Positions 35,615 to 46,333 of a stretch of DNA of 64,000 bases are shown here, piece after piece. Under the pieces are notes generated by a model. That model did not search any database, was not told the DNA's origin, and saw only the letters and a list, made by a program, of their open reading frames with translations. Position 1 is the stretch's first letter. Each line of letters begins with the position of its first letter. The translations under genes and the position numbers were made by a program. The DNA is from Bacteroidota bacterium (GTDB lineage: Bacteria; Bacteroidota; Ignavibacteria; Kapaibacteriales; DASPKH01): assembly GCA_040386315.1 (NCBI GenBank), contig JAZKFS010000020.1:4620-68619 (forward strand), written 5' to 3'.

Positions 35615-37111
35615 TTAAAAATGAAACTGACCGCTTATATAAAGAACGGTTGCAGTAAGATTATGCGATAAAGCGGGAATTGAATTACTATATTTACGCC
35701 CAAAATTTTCAACTGATGCATCATATTTCGGCGTTACAAAATCCGGCACCACATGTTGGCGTACCGATACATGATATGATACACTCGGAGTTACATAATA
35801 TCCAACTGAACCACCTATCATCCACCCGATTAAAGATTCAGCCTTTTCAAATATCAGCGGCGGCTGGGGTTGAATTCCTTCATCCGCAGGAGCAGGGTAC
35901 GTAAGCCTGCCATTTACACTAGCATTTGTAACTGTAGCTCCAAGTGCAATGGAGGTTTCAAATCCTGCCGGGCTTAAAACCAATGGCGAATTAATGATGA
36001 ACACTCCATATACTGTACCTGATAGGGTGCGTACTGCATAGAAATCCTGATCTTCAGGAAACGGCTCATTGAGTAATTTACCCGGTAAGAACTCAGCCCC
36101 GATACGTAAGCGACGTGTTATAGAATATTCAGCATTAATGGTGTAGCCAAAATAGCGTGTTAAATTAATCTCCGTTGGAGACTTGATATCAGGAAGTGCG
36201 GCGGCTAATCCCAGGGACAGATGAAATCTTTTCATATATGTCTTGGTTTCTTCATCAGTGATTGGAAGCTTGCTCTCTTTTAATGCCTCTGCTGTTTCGA
36301 TTGATCGTTTCACTTCCGGTGGAATTCGTATAGTATTATTAATGATAGATTCACTCTCCAGTATACTTTGCCATTGATTAAAGATCTCCTTTCTCCTTCC
36401 GATTATTATATCGGAGTATTGGGTGTATCCATATAGCGCGCCATAACCTGCGCCTAGAAGCATACTTGGAACTATATCTATACTATTATACTGCCTGCTA
36501 ATCCTCTCCATAATATACCACCCTAAGGCTCCCGCTGTAGCTACGGTTCCGGCTTTTACTGAAGTATTCAGCAGTGGCCGGTCTTTAAAATGGATTTTAT
36601 CAATATCCTGAAATGAAATAACCTGAATATTCTTCTCTGCTTCACGCCAGCTATATTTCTCGGAATTCTTCCAGATTCCGAGCAAGGAATCATTGACGAA
36701 TAATAAGCGACCGCTAATATCTCTACCTTCGCTTGTCACCCGCACTACTTTTCCATCCGCCGGTTCTATTTCAGATATTCTGACATATTTCCGTACTACA
36801 GGATTTGCTTTAAATCTTTCCGGCTCTTCAGCATTCTCGATGTATGACTTTATTTCTTCTGCATCTTTAAAGCTGATCGTAAAGTTTGTATCATTACGCT
36901 CTTTTCTGGTAATGATTATTGTAATAGAATCAGCGTTTTTCTCAGCTCTTGCCGATACAAATCGTCCAATATCATAAAACAGTCCGAAATATACACGTTC
37001 ATCCGCATCTATTCCATCACCTACACGTTCACTTATCCTATACTTTTCGCTCTGACCAAAACTTACTACAAATCCGATAAAAAATATAACTACAATCCTT
37101 ACCAATAGCAT
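35615..37111 (-). CDS. Hypothetical envelope protein (signal peptide, probable C-terminal beta-barrel)
   Basis: ORF listed to 37144. The likely start is [20 protein letters not shown] at 37111. The C-terminal third has alternating strand-like segments and ends ...LYISGQFHF. Confidence 0.5.
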   Translation of the reverse strand: MLLVRIVVIFFIGFVVSFGQSEKYRISERVGDGIDADERVYFGLFYDIGRFVSARAEKNADSITIIITRKERNDTNFTISFKDAEEIKSYIENAEEPERFKANPVVRKYVRISEIEPADGKVVRVTSEGRDISGRLLFVNDSLLGIWKNSEKYSWREAEKNIQVISFQDIDKIHFKDRPLLNTSVKAGTVATAGALGWYIMERISRQYNSIDIVPSMLLGAGYGALYGYTQYSDIIIGRRKEIFNQWQSILESESIINNTIRIPPEVKRSIETAEALKESKLPITDEETKTYMKRFHLSLGLAAALPDIKSPTEINLTRYFGYTINAEYSITRRLRIGAEFLPGKLLNEPFPEDQDFYAVRTLSGTVYGVFIINSPLVLSPAGFETSIALGATVTNASVNGRLTYPAPADEGIQPQPPLIFEKAESLIGWMIGGSVGYYVTPSVSYHVSVRQHVVPDFVTPKYDASVENFGRKYSNSIPALSHNLTATVLYISGQFHF

Positions 37112-37155
37112 TTTCAAATCTCTGTAATGAATTCTAAAGCACAAAATTACGAAGT

Positions 37156-37327
37156 TTTTAAAAGATTATTCTGTTTGTCATCTGTTTTTTAAAAGAAAGC
37201 CAATATACTCTTTTAAAAGCTTGTTGTAAAAATGTTTTTAAAAGGATTTTACCAGCGAACAAAGCGTTAATTTTGTAATCTTTTATAAATTTATAAATCC
37301 TTGTAAAACTTTGTCAATCTTTTAAAA
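37156..37327. repeat. 5 TTTTAAAA copies in a divergent promoter region
   Basis: Copies start at 37156, 37187, 37211, 37236 and 37320. Confidence 0.85.
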
Positions 37328-37336
37328 ATAGAAATT

Positions 37337-38614
37337 ATGTTCAGACCAGTTTCCCCAGCCGAAGCCGTTTCCGTGATAAAATCGGGCGACCGCGTGTATG
37401 TGCACAGCGTTGCCGCCGCGCCGCAAGTTCTTATTAATGCTATGACCGAACGTGCGAATGAACTTAAAAACGTAGAAGTTGTGCATCTTCATACCGAGGG
37501 CAATGCGCCGTATGCTGCGCCCGGGATGGAAGAGAGTTTTTCGGTGAATGTGCTTTTTACGGGTGCAAATGTGCGTGAGGCGGTGCAGAGTGGCCGCGCG
37601 AATTACGTTCCGGTATTTTTGAGCGAGGTTCCGGCGCTTTTCCGCTTGAAAATTCTACCGCTCGACGTAGCGCTGGTGCAGGTTTCTGTGCCGGATAAGC
37701 ATGGATATTGTTCGCTTGGAATTTCCGTTGATGCCACGCTTGCGGCGGTGCAGTCGGCGAAAGTGACGATTGCGCAGATGAACCCGCAGATGCCGCGCAC
37801 GCATGGTGACAGTATGATCCATATCAGCAAATTCCACGCGTTTATTGAGGCGGACGAGCCGCTGTGCATTCATGAAGAGCATCCGCCGTCGGAGGACGAA
37901 CTCGCGATTGGGCGTCATGTAGCGGAATTGATTGAAAACGGCGCGACGCTGCAAATGGGTATTGGCGCGATTCCGAACGCGGTTCTGGCGTCGCTCACGA
38001 ATCATAAAGGGCTGGGAATCCACACGGAAATGTTCTCTGACGGCGTGATTCCGCTGGTGGAGCGTGGCATTATCACGGGCGAGCACAAGAAAATTTATAA
38101 AAATAAAATCGTGTCGGGTTTTGTGATGGGCACGCGAAAATTGTACGATTTTATTGACGACAATCCGAAGGTCGCCATGCTCGACATCGCGTATGTGAAC
38201 GACACGGCGAATATCCGCAAAAACCCGAAAGTAACGGCGATAAATAGCGCAATCGAGGTGGACCTGAGCGGGCAGGTGTGCGCGGACACTATCGGCACGC
38301 GGCAGTTTTCCGGTGTGGGTGGGCAGATGGACTTTATCCGCGGGGCATCGCTCTCGGAAGGCGGCAAGCCGATAATCGCGCTGCCATCAGCTACAAAGCG
38401 CGGCGAATCACGCATCACGACGTTTTTAAAACAGGGCGCAGGCGTTACAACCACGCGCGCGCACGTGCACTACATCGTAACGGAATACGGAGTGGCCTAT
38501 CTCTACGGGCGCAACATGGCGCAGCGTGCCAAAGCGCTCATCGCCATCGCACATCCCGACCACCGCGAACGCCTTGAACGCGAGGCGCATGAGGCGCGGT
38601 TGTTGAGGTTTTAA
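37337..38614 (+). CDS. Acetyl-CoA hydrolase/transferase family enzyme (4-hydroxybutyrate / butyryl-CoA:acetate CoA-transferase type)
   Basis: 425 aa. LQMGIGAIPNAV, HTEMFSDG, NSAIEVDLSGQVCAD...SGVGGQMDF, TTRAHVHYIVTEYG. The TAA stop lies inside a TTTTAAAA copy (38609). Confidence 0.8.
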   Translation: MFRPVSPAEAVSVIKSGDRVYVHSVAAAPQVLINAMTERANELKNVEVVHLHTEGNAPYAAPGMEESFSVNVLFTGANVREAVQSGRANYVPVFLSEVPALFRLKILPLDVALVQVSVPDKHGYCSLGISVDATLAAVQSAKVTIAQMNPQMPRTHGDSMIHISKFHAFIEADEPLCIHEEHPPSEDELAIGRHVAELIENGATLQMGIGAIPNAVLASLTNHKGLGIHTEMFSDGVIPLVERGIITGEHKKIYKNKIVSGFVMGTRKLYDFIDDNPKVAMLDIAYVNDTANIRKNPKVTAINSAIEVDLSGQVCADTIGTRQFSGVGGQMDFIRGASLSEGGKPIIALPSATKRGESRITTFLKQGAGVTTTRAHVHYIVTEYGVAYLYGRNMAQRAKALIAIAHPDHRERLEREAHEARLLRF

Positions 38615-38689
38615 AAAAGTGTTTTTAAAGGAATATTTTTAAAATGAAATCCTGCTTTCGGGCGGGATTTTTAAGAGAGTGTTTATACG

Positions 38690-39277
38690 ATGTCAGTAAG
38701 CCAGCTTCTTCAGGTAATGAAATATATGTCTCCCGGCATCCCGGATGAGGAATTGGATAACTTACTGCTAATGCTGAGCGAAGGACAGGTTTCCCGTGGT
38801 GAGCATCTTGTGACTGCAGGCCAGAATTTCAGGTTTATAAACTTTATTACGAAGGGTGCTGCCAGGATGTATCACCTTCATAAAAACGGGAACGAAACGA
38901 ATATAATTCTTGGTGTGGAAAATGACTTCGTCCAGGATTATGAAAGCCTGATAAAAGGGAAGACCTCTGATTTTTATGTTCAGGCGACCGAAGATTCATC
39001 CTTTATTCATATTGATTATAATAAATTTGAAGAATTGTTGGGCTCTACCAAACACTGGGAACACTGCGGACGGATGATAAATCAGTTCGTACTGCTCGGT
39101 GTTTTCGCTAGCGCGCAATCCTTTATGTTTTTGACGCCGCAGGAACGCTATCTGAAACTACTCCGTGAGCAGCCCCGCCTTATACAGCGGTTTTCGCAGG
39201 AACACATTGCGTCGTATCTTGGCATAAAACGTGAATCTCTGAGCCGGATAAAAAATCGCGTAGCACGACGATTTTAA
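38690..39277 (+). CDS. Crp/Fnr-family transcriptional regulator
   Basis: 195 aa. N-terminal cNMP-binding-like beta-roll, C-terminal HTH QEHIASYLGIKRESLSRIKNR. Confidence 0.75.
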   Translation: MSVSQLLQVMKYMSPGIPDEELDNLLLMLSEGQVSRGEHLVTAGQNFRFINFITKGAARMYHLHKNGNETNIILGVENDFVQDYESLIKGKTSDFYVQATEDSSFIHIDYNKFEELLGSTKHWEHCGRMINQFVLLGVFASAQSFMFLTPQERYLKLLREQPRLIQRFSQEHIASYLGIKRESLSRIKNRVARRF

Positions 39278-39366
39278 CCAAAGTCACATATTTTTATACC
39301 GTCGGCTCTGCATTTTTGTTTTTATAAATAACCACATTTTTAAAAACATCAATCGGAGAATTCCTA

Positions 39367-39846
39367 ATGAAAATTACCATCAGGGAAGCCGCACTGTGGC
39401 TTGGCATGTTTTTCTTTTCCATTCTCATCGGGGCGACAATATACCAGATGCTCGTCATCGTACCCGAGTTCACGCGCGACATACCTCATTCAATGATAAA
39501 CTTCGCCCGGGGCAATATCCACACCTTTGCTTTTTGGGCATCGCCTATCCTGCCGGTGGGGTTCTTTCTTGTAGTAATTGCCCTTGTTCTCAACTGGAAG
39601 ACGCCGCGAAAAAAATGGCTGATTTTTTCAATTTCACTGGCTGTCGTGGGAGAAATAATAACTATTCTCCTTGTTTATCCGCAGCTGAAGCTAATGGGCC
39701 TTCTGGACGGAATGCCAACTACCGATGTTTCTCTTCTGGCCGCAACTATAAAAAACTTCGTTGTAGCCGACCAACTCAGATTTTTCCTGCTGGCAATTCC
39801 TTCATTTTTCTTTTATCTCAAGGCACTGACTATAAGAGTTGAGTAG
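39367..39846 (+). CDS. Small integral membrane protein (4 TM; DUF1772-like)
   Basis: 159 aa with four hydrophobic helices. The overlapping alternate-frame ORF 39396..39842 is rejected. Confidence 0.5.
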   Translation: MKITIREAALWLGMFFFSILIGATIYQMLVIVPEFTRDIPHSMINFARGNIHTFAFWASPILPVGFFLVVIALVLNWKTPRKKWLIFSISLAVVGEIITILLVYPQLKLMGLLDGMPTTDVSLLAATIKNFVVADQLRFFLLAIPSFFFYLKALTIRVE

Positions 39847-39866
39847 TTGTTTAAAAAAAAGAAAAA

Positions 39867-39989
39867 GGAATCCAGCGGATTCCCATGTTTATAGAAAATA
39901 TGTCCGAATAATGTTTGTGCGACCCCAGCCGGGGTCGAACCTTTTTAAAAATGCTTTGGAGCTATAAATCTGTAATCCCTCTGGGATTA
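39867..39989. repeat. Three consecutive short GC-stem hairpins (REP-like), two of them followed by T-runs
   Basis: GGAATCCagcGGATTCC (39867-39883), CGACCCCagccGGGGTCG (39920-39937, then aaccTTTTT), TAATCCCtctGGGATTA (39973-39989, then TTTTT). Confidence 0.6.
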
Positions 39990-40051
39990 TTTTTAAAAGA
40001 AGTTTTTCTGTAATTTTAAAAAGTGCTTTTTAAAAATTATCACTGAGCTTT

Positions 40052-41035
40052 ATGTCTGAAGAAAAGCTGACACCGACGCGTTTAGTTTTTATACCGTTTT
40101 TGATTATTTCTATTCTATTTCCAGTAATTTATAGCCTCCTACATTGGCTGCTTCTTACGAATTACGAAATTTTTGAATTTGACATTTTGGTTGATTATTT
40201 TCTACCAATATTGCTTGCTTTGGGACTTTACGTAGTATTTATAAATTCACGGATTGACTTATTAGACCATACAATAACAGATAATGTGCATTATGATGGA
40301 GGGAAATTTCTTTTTATAATTGCGGCGATAGGGATTACAGTACCAACGATAATTCTTCAGAAGACCGTTCATGAAATAGCAGGAAAGATAACTGAGCTAG
40401 GAGCAATCAGCGAAATCAAGCAGCACCGACCGACAAAATATTATAATTTGAAAAGTTATTTCATAGAAAAGAATTATCCTGGAATTTATACAAATGAATG
40501 GAATTATAAACTTAACACCAATTTTGATGTATATATAGTCGCTCCTATACTGAATTCTGCTCAGGATACTAATTTGCCAAAGTATGATGCTTGGATAGGA
40601 AAAATTTATCGCTTTGATATTGATAAAAATGAAAACAGCAAGGTGAAGGAACAAGCATTTGAGAGTTTCACTAATAAAAGCATCGAAAGTTTTAAAAATA
40701 GTACGTTTACCGGCTTTAATCATTTGGAGCGAATGCGACAAGACGTTTCGGCTTATCAGCTAGCGGCATATCAAACTGATAAGGCAGATACGGAGCCGAT
40801 AATTTTTGAGGCAAAGTTTGAACCTTTTGAAGCAAGAGCAGAGGGTGACTTAGAGCTTTGTATTTTTATTTACTGTATTTCAACGGCAGCATTCTTTTTC
40901 TTAACCTATAATAAACCATTTAATAAATACAGGTTAAGCCGCTTTTTAAAAATTCCTTACGAAGATCAACGCCAACCTGTAAGAGACCCGAATTACAAAT
41001 CAAAAAAACGTCGCAATCGCTCGCAGAATCTTTAA
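40052..41035 (+). CDS. Hypothetical membrane protein (AT-rich orphan)
   Basis: 327 aa. Several N-terminal TM helices, one late TM, basic tail [13 protein letters not shown] recognise no motif. Confidence 0.45.
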   Translation: MSEEKLTPTRLVFIPFLIISILFPVIYSLLHWLLLTNYEIFEFDILVDYFLPILLALGLYVVFINSRIDLLDHTITDNVHYDGGKFLFIIAAIGITVPTIILQKTVHEIAGKITELGAISEIKQHRPTKYYNLKSYFIEKNYPGIYTNEWNYKLNTNFDVYIVAPILNSAQDTNLPKYDAWIGKIYRFDIDKNENSKVKEQAFESFTNKSIESFKNSTFTGFNHLERMRQDVSAYQLAAYQTDKADTEPIIFEAKFEPFEARAEGDLELCIFIYCISTAAFFFLTYNKPFNKYRLSRFLKIPYEDQRQPVRDPNYKSKKRRNRSQNL

Positions 41036-41111
41036 AATCCAAACAAACCTCTCCATATTTCGTCCTTGTGTCGTAAATTTGCAGGAGTTTTTAAAAACAA
41101 CGGACAGCACT

Positions 41112-43139
41112 ATGCAAACCCAATCTACGACCGGACATACAGATAATATTACGAATGGAAAAAACGGCCACGCAAATGGCCACGGGAGCGAACTTGTCGC
41201 CGAGCTGGAGCGTCGCTATGCGGAGCTGGAGGCACGGCTTTCGCCCGATGTGCGCGAGCTGCTTAAAGGGTGGGAAGCCAAAAAGCAAAATTACCTTGAT
41301 GAGAATTTCACCTACACCGTTCGTGGGAAGGATATTAAGGTGAAAAATTCTACGAAGTCGCTCAGCCAGCTCGATATTCCGAAGGTGTCCGTGCCGAAGT
41401 ACAAGGATTGGGGCGAAATCGTGAGCTGGTCGCTGCAGGAGAATTTCCCCGGCGAATTTCCGTACACGGCGGGCGTGTATCCTTTTAAAAGGCAGGGCGA
41501 AGACCCGACGCGGATGTTTGCCGGAGAAGGCGGGCCGGAGCGCACGAACCGCCGTTTTCACTATCTGAGCTTAGGAATGCCGGCCGCGCGCCTTTCGACG
41601 GCGTTTGACTCGGTGACGCTGTATGGCGAAGACCCCGATGAGCGCCCGGATATTTACGGCAAAATCGGCAATTCCGGCGTTTCTATCGCGACGCTTGATG
41701 ATGCGAAAAAGCTGTATTCGGGTTTTGACCTGTGCGCGCCAACAACGTCTGTTTCCATGACGATTAACGGCCCGGCGCCAATGCTGCTCGCGTTTTTTAT
41801 GAATGCGGCGATTGACCAGCAGTGCGAAAAATATATTGTTGAAAATGGTCTTGAAACTGAAATTGAACAAAAATTAGAAGATATTTTTAAAAAGAAAGGA
41901 ATCGAGCGTCCGCGCTACAGCGGCGACCTGCCGGAAGGAAATAACGGCCTCGGGCTGAGGCTTCTTGGCGTGACGGGCGACGAAGTTCTGCCAGCTGACG
42001 TGTACGCAAAATGCAAGCAAACCGCGCTGCAATCGGTTCGCGGAACGGTGCAGGCGGACATTTTAAAAGAAGACCAGGCGCAGAATACGTGTATTTTTTC
42101 GACGGAATTTGCGCTGCGCATGATGGGCGATATTCAGCAGTATTTTATTGAGAAAAAAGTCCGCAATTTCTACTCGGTTTCCATTTCGGGTTATCACATT
42201 GCCGAGGCCGGTGCAAATCCTGTTACGCAGCTTGCGCTCACGCTTTCCAATGGTTTTACCTTTGTGGAATATTACCTTTCGCGCGGTATGCACATTGACG
42301 ATTTCGCGCCGAATCTTTCCTTTTTCTTTTCAAACGGCATTGACCCGGAATATTCCGTGATTGGCCGCGTGGCGCGCCGCATCTGGGCAAAAGCCATGAA
42401 GAACAAGTACGGCGGCAACGAGCGCTCGCAGATGCTGAAATATCACATCCAGACCTCGGGACGTTCGCTGCACGCGCAGGAAATTGATTTTAACGACATC
42501 CGCACGACGCTACAGGCGCTCTATGCGATTTACGACAATTGCAATTCGCTCCACACGAACGCGTACGACGAAGCAATCACAACGCCAACGGAAGAGTCCG
42601 TTCGCCGCGCCGTAGCTATCCAGCTTATCATCAACCGCGAGTTGGGTTTAGCCAAAAATGAAAATCCGCTCCAGGGCAGCTTTATTATTGAAGAATTGAC
42701 CGACCTTGTAGAAGAAGCTGTTTTAAACGAATTTAATAAGATTGCTGAACGTGGTGGCGTTCTTGGCGCGATGGAAATGATGTACCAGCGGAATAAAATC
42801 CAGGAAGAATCGCTCTACTACGAAATGCAAAAGCACACGGGCGAATATCCAATCATCGGCGTGAATACATTCCTCAGCAGCAAGGGTTCGCCGACGGTTA
42901 TCCCGCAGGAAGTAATCCGCTCGACTGACGAAGAAAAGCAATTCCAAATCAACACCGTTCGCACTTTTCAAAAGCGCAATGAAGCACATTCAGAAACAGT
43001 TTTAAAAGATTTGCAAAGCGTCGCGGTGCGCAATCAGAATATTTTTGAAGGTCTGATGGAAGCGGCGAAGGCGTGCTCGCTTGGGCAGCTTTCTCATGCG
43101 CTGTATCAGGTTGGCGGGCAGTATCGGCGGAATATGTAG
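41112..43139 (+). CDS. Acyl-CoA mutase substrate-binding (TIM-barrel) subunit, IcmF C-terminal-type (isobutyryl-CoA-mutase-like)
   Basis: The ORF is listed from a TTG at 41079; the first ATG is at 41112. [50 protein letters not shown] (methylmalonyl-CoA mutases have NTYIYPP here, from memory), [28 protein letters not shown]. Confidence 0.8.
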   Translation: MQTQSTTGHTDNITNGKNGHANGHGSELVAELERRYAELEARLSPDVRELLKGWEAKKQNYLDENFTYTVRGKDIKVKNSTKSLSQLDIPKVSVPKYKDWGEIVSWSLQENFPGEFPYTAGVYPFKRQGEDPTRMFAGEGGPERTNRRFHYLSLGMPAARLSTAFDSVTLYGEDPDERPDIYGKIGNSGVSIATLDDAKKLYSGFDLCAPTTSVSMTINGPAPMLLAFFMNAAIDQQCEKYIVENGLETEIEQKLEDIFKKKGIERPRYSGDLPEGNNGLGLRLLGVTGDEVLPADVYAKCKQTALQSVRGTVQADILKEDQAQNTCIFSTEFALRMMGDIQQYFIEKKVRNFYSVSISGYHIAEAGANPVTQLALTLSNGFTFVEYYLSRGMHIDDFAPNLSFFFSNGIDPEYSVIGRVARRIWAKAMKNKYGGNERSQMLKYHIQTSGRSLHAQEIDFNDIRTTLQALYAIYDNCNSLHTNAYDEAITTPTEESVRRAVAIQLIINRELGLAKNENPLQGSFIIEELTDLVEEAVLNEFNKIAERGGVLGAMEMMYQRNKIQEESLYYEMQKHTGEYPIIGVNTFLSSKGSPTVIPQEVIRSTDEEKQFQINTVRTFQKRNEAHSETVLKDLQSVAVRNQNIFEGLMEAAKACSLGQLSHALYQVGGQYRRNM

Positions 43140-43346
43140 GAATTTTAAAAAGCTTTTTTTTAAAGCTCTTTTGCTTCATTGCAGAAGGGCTTTTTGCTTT
43201 TTAAATCACTTCTTTTAAAAAGGTATAATTAAAAAACAATATGAAATAATACAGTATTTCGGTATTTTGCTGAATATTACAAAAAAACAGTTTATAGAAA
43301 AGAAACTTTCTGCCTATATTCTTTTAAAGATCATTATGAGTTTTTT

Positions 43347-44936
43347 ATGAACTCGCCACCTATAACTGATAAAAATACTCCTCCCGAAGATGAATGGCCG
43401 GATAACTTTGGCTATCAGTTGCTGTTTGAAAAGCACCCGAATCCGATGCTTATTTTTTCTCTCGCTGATTTTACAATTCTCAATATCAATCCGGCCGCAA
43501 TAGAAAAATACGGTTACTCACGCGAGGAGTTTTTAAAACTCACCATGCTGGACATTCGCCCCGCAGAGGACAAAGAGTTTTTCCTGAATTTCATGGCTTC
43601 GGCAGAAAAGAATTTTCGTATAAATGGCCACTGGCGCCATCAGAAAAAAAACGGAGAAATAATTTTTGTGCAGGTTTCTTCCCAGCCGATTACGTGGCAG
43701 GGGAAGGAAGCACGGATTTTTTCCATCAACGATATTACCGAGCTTAAAAACACCGAATACCGGCTGCGTGAATCAGAGAAATTATATAAACATGTTATTG
43801 AAAACGCTGGCGATTATATTTATACCACTGACGCCAACGGATATTTTCTTGACGCAAACGAAGCAGCTTTAAAAGTATCCGGCTATACACTGGAAGAGCT
43901 GCACGGATATAGATATATTGACCTCATCGCACCCGACTTTCGCAAAAAAATCGCCTATCGCTATATGCGGCAGTTTTTAAACCAGGAAAAATCCCTTCAT
44001 GTGGAATTTCCTTTTGTTACCAAATCCGGCGCTATCAGGTGGTTCGGACAGTATTCTACCTTGATTTGTAAAGAGAGCGAACCGGTTGGATTTCACGTCA
44101 TCGGTTACGATATTACCAGCCGGAAAATCGCAGAAGTGGAACTCAATAAAGCCAATATCGCACTTGAGCGCCGCGTAGAAGAGCGCACAGGAGAGCTTGG
44201 CAAAACGCTGGAGCGCCTGCAGGGAGCGCTTGAAAGGGAAAAGGAATTGAGCGAATTAAAATCGCGGTTCGTTACGATGATCTCGCATGAATTTCGCACA
44301 CCGCTGACGAGCATTCTTTCTAATACTGAGATCCTGCAACGCTATGGAGAACATATTGAAAAGCCCAAACGTGAGAAAATGTACACCGTCATAGTAGAAT
44401 CCATCCGCCACATGACGCATCTTCTGGAAGATGTGCTGGAATTCAGCCGGGCAAATCATACAAAACTTTCATTTCATCCCGACTCTCACAATCCGCTCAC
44501 AGTATTTGAGGATATCGTCGAGCAGGCACGCACCATCCATAGCGAACGGGAGATTTTACTTCAATTTTCCGGGAAACGCGAGAATGTTTGTTTTGAGCGG
44601 AAATTGTTGCGTGTAATTGTTACAAATCTTCTCTCCAACGCTTTAAAATACTCACCGAAAACTTCCCCAGTCGAGATCACTCTCCACGTCGAAGAGCGCA
44701 CCATGCACTTTACAGTTTCCGACTACGGAATAGGAATGAATGAGGAAGAATTACAAAATCTCTTCGAGCCATTCTATCGCGGAAAATCTGTCGAAACGAT
44801 TCATGGCACAGGACTCGGGCTTTCCATCGTACAGCAAAGTGTAGAGCGGCATGATGGCAAAATTTCCGTGCAAAGTGAAGCAGGGAAGGGAACACGCTTT
44901 TCCGTAGAACTTCCCATATCAGAAGTGCACGCCTGA
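43347..44936 (+). CDS. PAS-PAS sensor histidine kinase (cytoplasmic)
   Basis: 529 aa. Two PAS-like modules, H-box MISHEFRTPL, HATPase NLLSNALKYSP...DYGIGM...GTGLGLSIV. Confidence 0.85.
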   Translation: MNSPPITDKNTPPEDEWPDNFGYQLLFEKHPNPMLIFSLADFTILNINPAAIEKYGYSREEFLKLTMLDIRPAEDKEFFLNFMASAEKNFRINGHWRHQKKNGEIIFVQVSSQPITWQGKEARIFSINDITELKNTEYRLRESEKLYKHVIENAGDYIYTTDANGYFLDANEAALKVSGYTLEELHGYRYIDLIAPDFRKKIAYRYMRQFLNQEKSLHVEFPFVTKSGAIRWFGQYSTLICKESEPVGFHVIGYDITSRKIAEVELNKANIALERRVEERTGELGKTLERLQGALEREKELSELKSRFVTMISHEFRTPLTSILSNTEILQRYGEHIEKPKREKMYTVIVESIRHMTHLLEDVLEFSRANHTKLSFHPDSHNPLTVFEDIVEQARTIHSEREILLQFSGKRENVCFERKLLRVIVTNLLSNALKYSPKTSPVEITLHVEERTMHFTVSDYGIGMNEEELQNLFEPFYRGKSVETIHGTGLGLSIVQQSVERHDGKISVQSEAGKGTRFSVELPISEVHA

Positions 44937-44951
44937 GTTCTTTTAAAAACG

Positions 44952-44984
44952 AAAAACGCCGCCTTTTTTAAAAGCAGCGTTTTT
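44952..44984. terminator. Bidirectional hairpin between convergent genes, with TTTTAAAA at the apex
   Basis: AAAAACGCCGC (44952-44962) and GCAGCGTTTTT (44974-44984) are complementary with one mismatch. The loop contains the TTTTAAAA at 44966. A- and T-runs lie on both sides. Confidence 0.5.
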
Positions 44985-45007
44985 AAAGATATTTTCTTTT
45001 AAAAATC

Positions 45008-45382
45008 TTAATTCTGCGAATGCAGCGCCATTTTATTCCCTTCGCTGTCAATGAATACCGCGCAATGTCCATACTCCGGCGTGATCTCCGTTTTTGGCAT
45101 GATCACTTTTCCACCCGCCGGCTCGATACGATTTAAAACATCTGTCAGGTCATTGCCGCAATTCAAATATACCATTGTACCGTCAGCGCTTGGTTTGTAA
45201 CCTTCGCCTGCTACCACTGCACCGCTCACTCCGCCGCCTGCGAAAAAGCCCATGTCAAGATTGCCCATTTTATTGACGGATAAATCCGCTTGCAGGATCT
45301 CGCTATAGAATTTCACAGCGCGGTTGAAATCCGCTGCGGGGATTTCAAACCAGTTTATCGCATTTGGTTTTTGCTCTTCCAT
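45008..45382 (-). CDS. VOC-family (glyoxalase/bleomycin-resistance fold) protein
   Basis: 124 aa. INWFEIPAADFNRAVKFYSEIL...FIDSEGNKMALHS, typical of small VOC proteins. Confidence 0.7.
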   Translation of the reverse strand: MEEQKPNAINWFEIPAADFNRAVKFYSEILQADLSVNKMGNLDMGFFAGGGVSGAVVAGEGYKPSADGTMVYLNCGNDLTDVLNRIEPAGGKVIMPKTEITPEYGHCAVFIDSEGNKMALHSQN

Positions 45383-45506
45383 CGTCTTTCCTCTTTTAAA
45401 AAAATGTTTGGTGAAATATGCTGGTGAGCGAAACTTACTAAAGATTTTGGTACTGAAACTGTTAAGATTTAGATAAATATTAAAAGTCTTTTAAAAGCAT
45501 TTTGTA

Positions 45507-45586
45507 ATTCTGAGTAGAGCGAAGAATCAACGCTAGAAGTTCGCGTTAGGATATTCCGCCGTAGATTCTTCGCTCTGCTCAGAATG
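45507..45586. repeat. Inverted-repeat element of the same family as 2681-2825
   Basis: ATTCTGAGTAGAGCGAAGAATC (45507-45528) against GATTCTTCGCTCTGCTCAGAAT (45565-45586): 22-bp arms, 1 mismatch. The inner flank GAATCAACGCTAGAAG is shared with the 2.7-kb element. Confidence 0.7.
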
Positions 45587-45605
45587 AAATTTTCCGTTTT
45601 AAAAA

Positions 45606-46199
45606 CTACTTATAAAAATACTTCGGCGCCCACTCACCCGCGCCGTTTTCCAGCAAGTCGAATAAATACCACACGCTGCAATAATTATCGCCGGGGCCGA
45701 ATTCATCTTTGGCGACACGCGTGATATTGCCCATGAAATCCTTTTTAAAAGTGGAAACGCCGGGACCCACATAGCTCATGCCGTCCTGCACATACGCAAA
45801 ACCCATGTCGGTCGTAAATTCCTGCGTGGCGTCGCTCATCATCACGAATTCCCAGCCGCGGCTCCCGGCAAATTCGCGCTGCACGTCGGGTTCGTCCGGC
45901 GAGACAACGACGAAGGCGGCACGGTCGTTCAGGTGCTGCCACACGCCGTTGAAACCGTCGGCCCAGAGCGTGCAGTAGGAGCAGCGCTTGCCCATGTTGT
46001 GAATGAGGATCAGCTCATCGCGCTCGCCGAAAAGCTCCGCCAGCGACACGTCCGCGCCGTCCCAGTCTTTAAAAGAATATTCCTTTGTCATCGGCTCGGG
46101 CTGTGATTTTTTCAGCTCCAGCAGGCGACGCTGCCGTTCGGCGATCTCGTCGGTAAGCTGCTTGATTTCTTCTTCGCGGGTGAGTTCTGCGGTTTCCAT
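45606..46199 (-). CDS. Thioredoxin-fold protein, DUF899-like
   Basis: 197 aa. N-terminal coiled region, then ...LILIHNMGKRCSYCTLWADGFNG... Confidence 0.55.
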   Translation of the reverse strand: METAELTREEEIKQLTDEIAERQRRLLELKKSQPEPMTKEYSFKDWDGADVSLAELFGERDELILIHNMGKRCSYCTLWADGFNGVWQHLNDRAAFVVVSPDEPDVQREFAGSRGWEFVMMSDATQEFTTDMGFAYVQDGMSYVGPGVSTFKKDFMGNITRVAKDEFGPGDNYCSVWYLFDLLENGAGEWAPKYFYK

Positions 46200-46333
46200 C
46201 GGTGTAATTCCAATGTTTTTAAAAACGTCTGGTGAATTTTGTGCTGTGGCAAATTAGGAAAGTTTTGTGAGGTTTTAAAAGAATTTTTTTCGTAGTTTTT
46301 GGGAAATGTTAAATGCGAACTTTTTAAAAAGAA

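Noticed and set aside
37655-38454. Minus-strand ORFs of 143 and 119 aa inside the CoA-transferase gene.
   Set aside because: They are shadow ORFs of a GC-rich, well-supported plus-strand CDS.
39396-39842. A 148-aa ORF in an alternate plus frame overlapping 39367..39846.
   Set aside because: The 39367 frame yields four clean TM helices. The alternate frame gives R/G/P/C-rich sequence with no structure.
39915-39945. A tRNA-like T-arm look-alike (ccGGGGTCGAACC).
   Set aside because: No acceptor, D or anticodon arms can be drawn around it. It is simply one of three short hairpins in that spacer.
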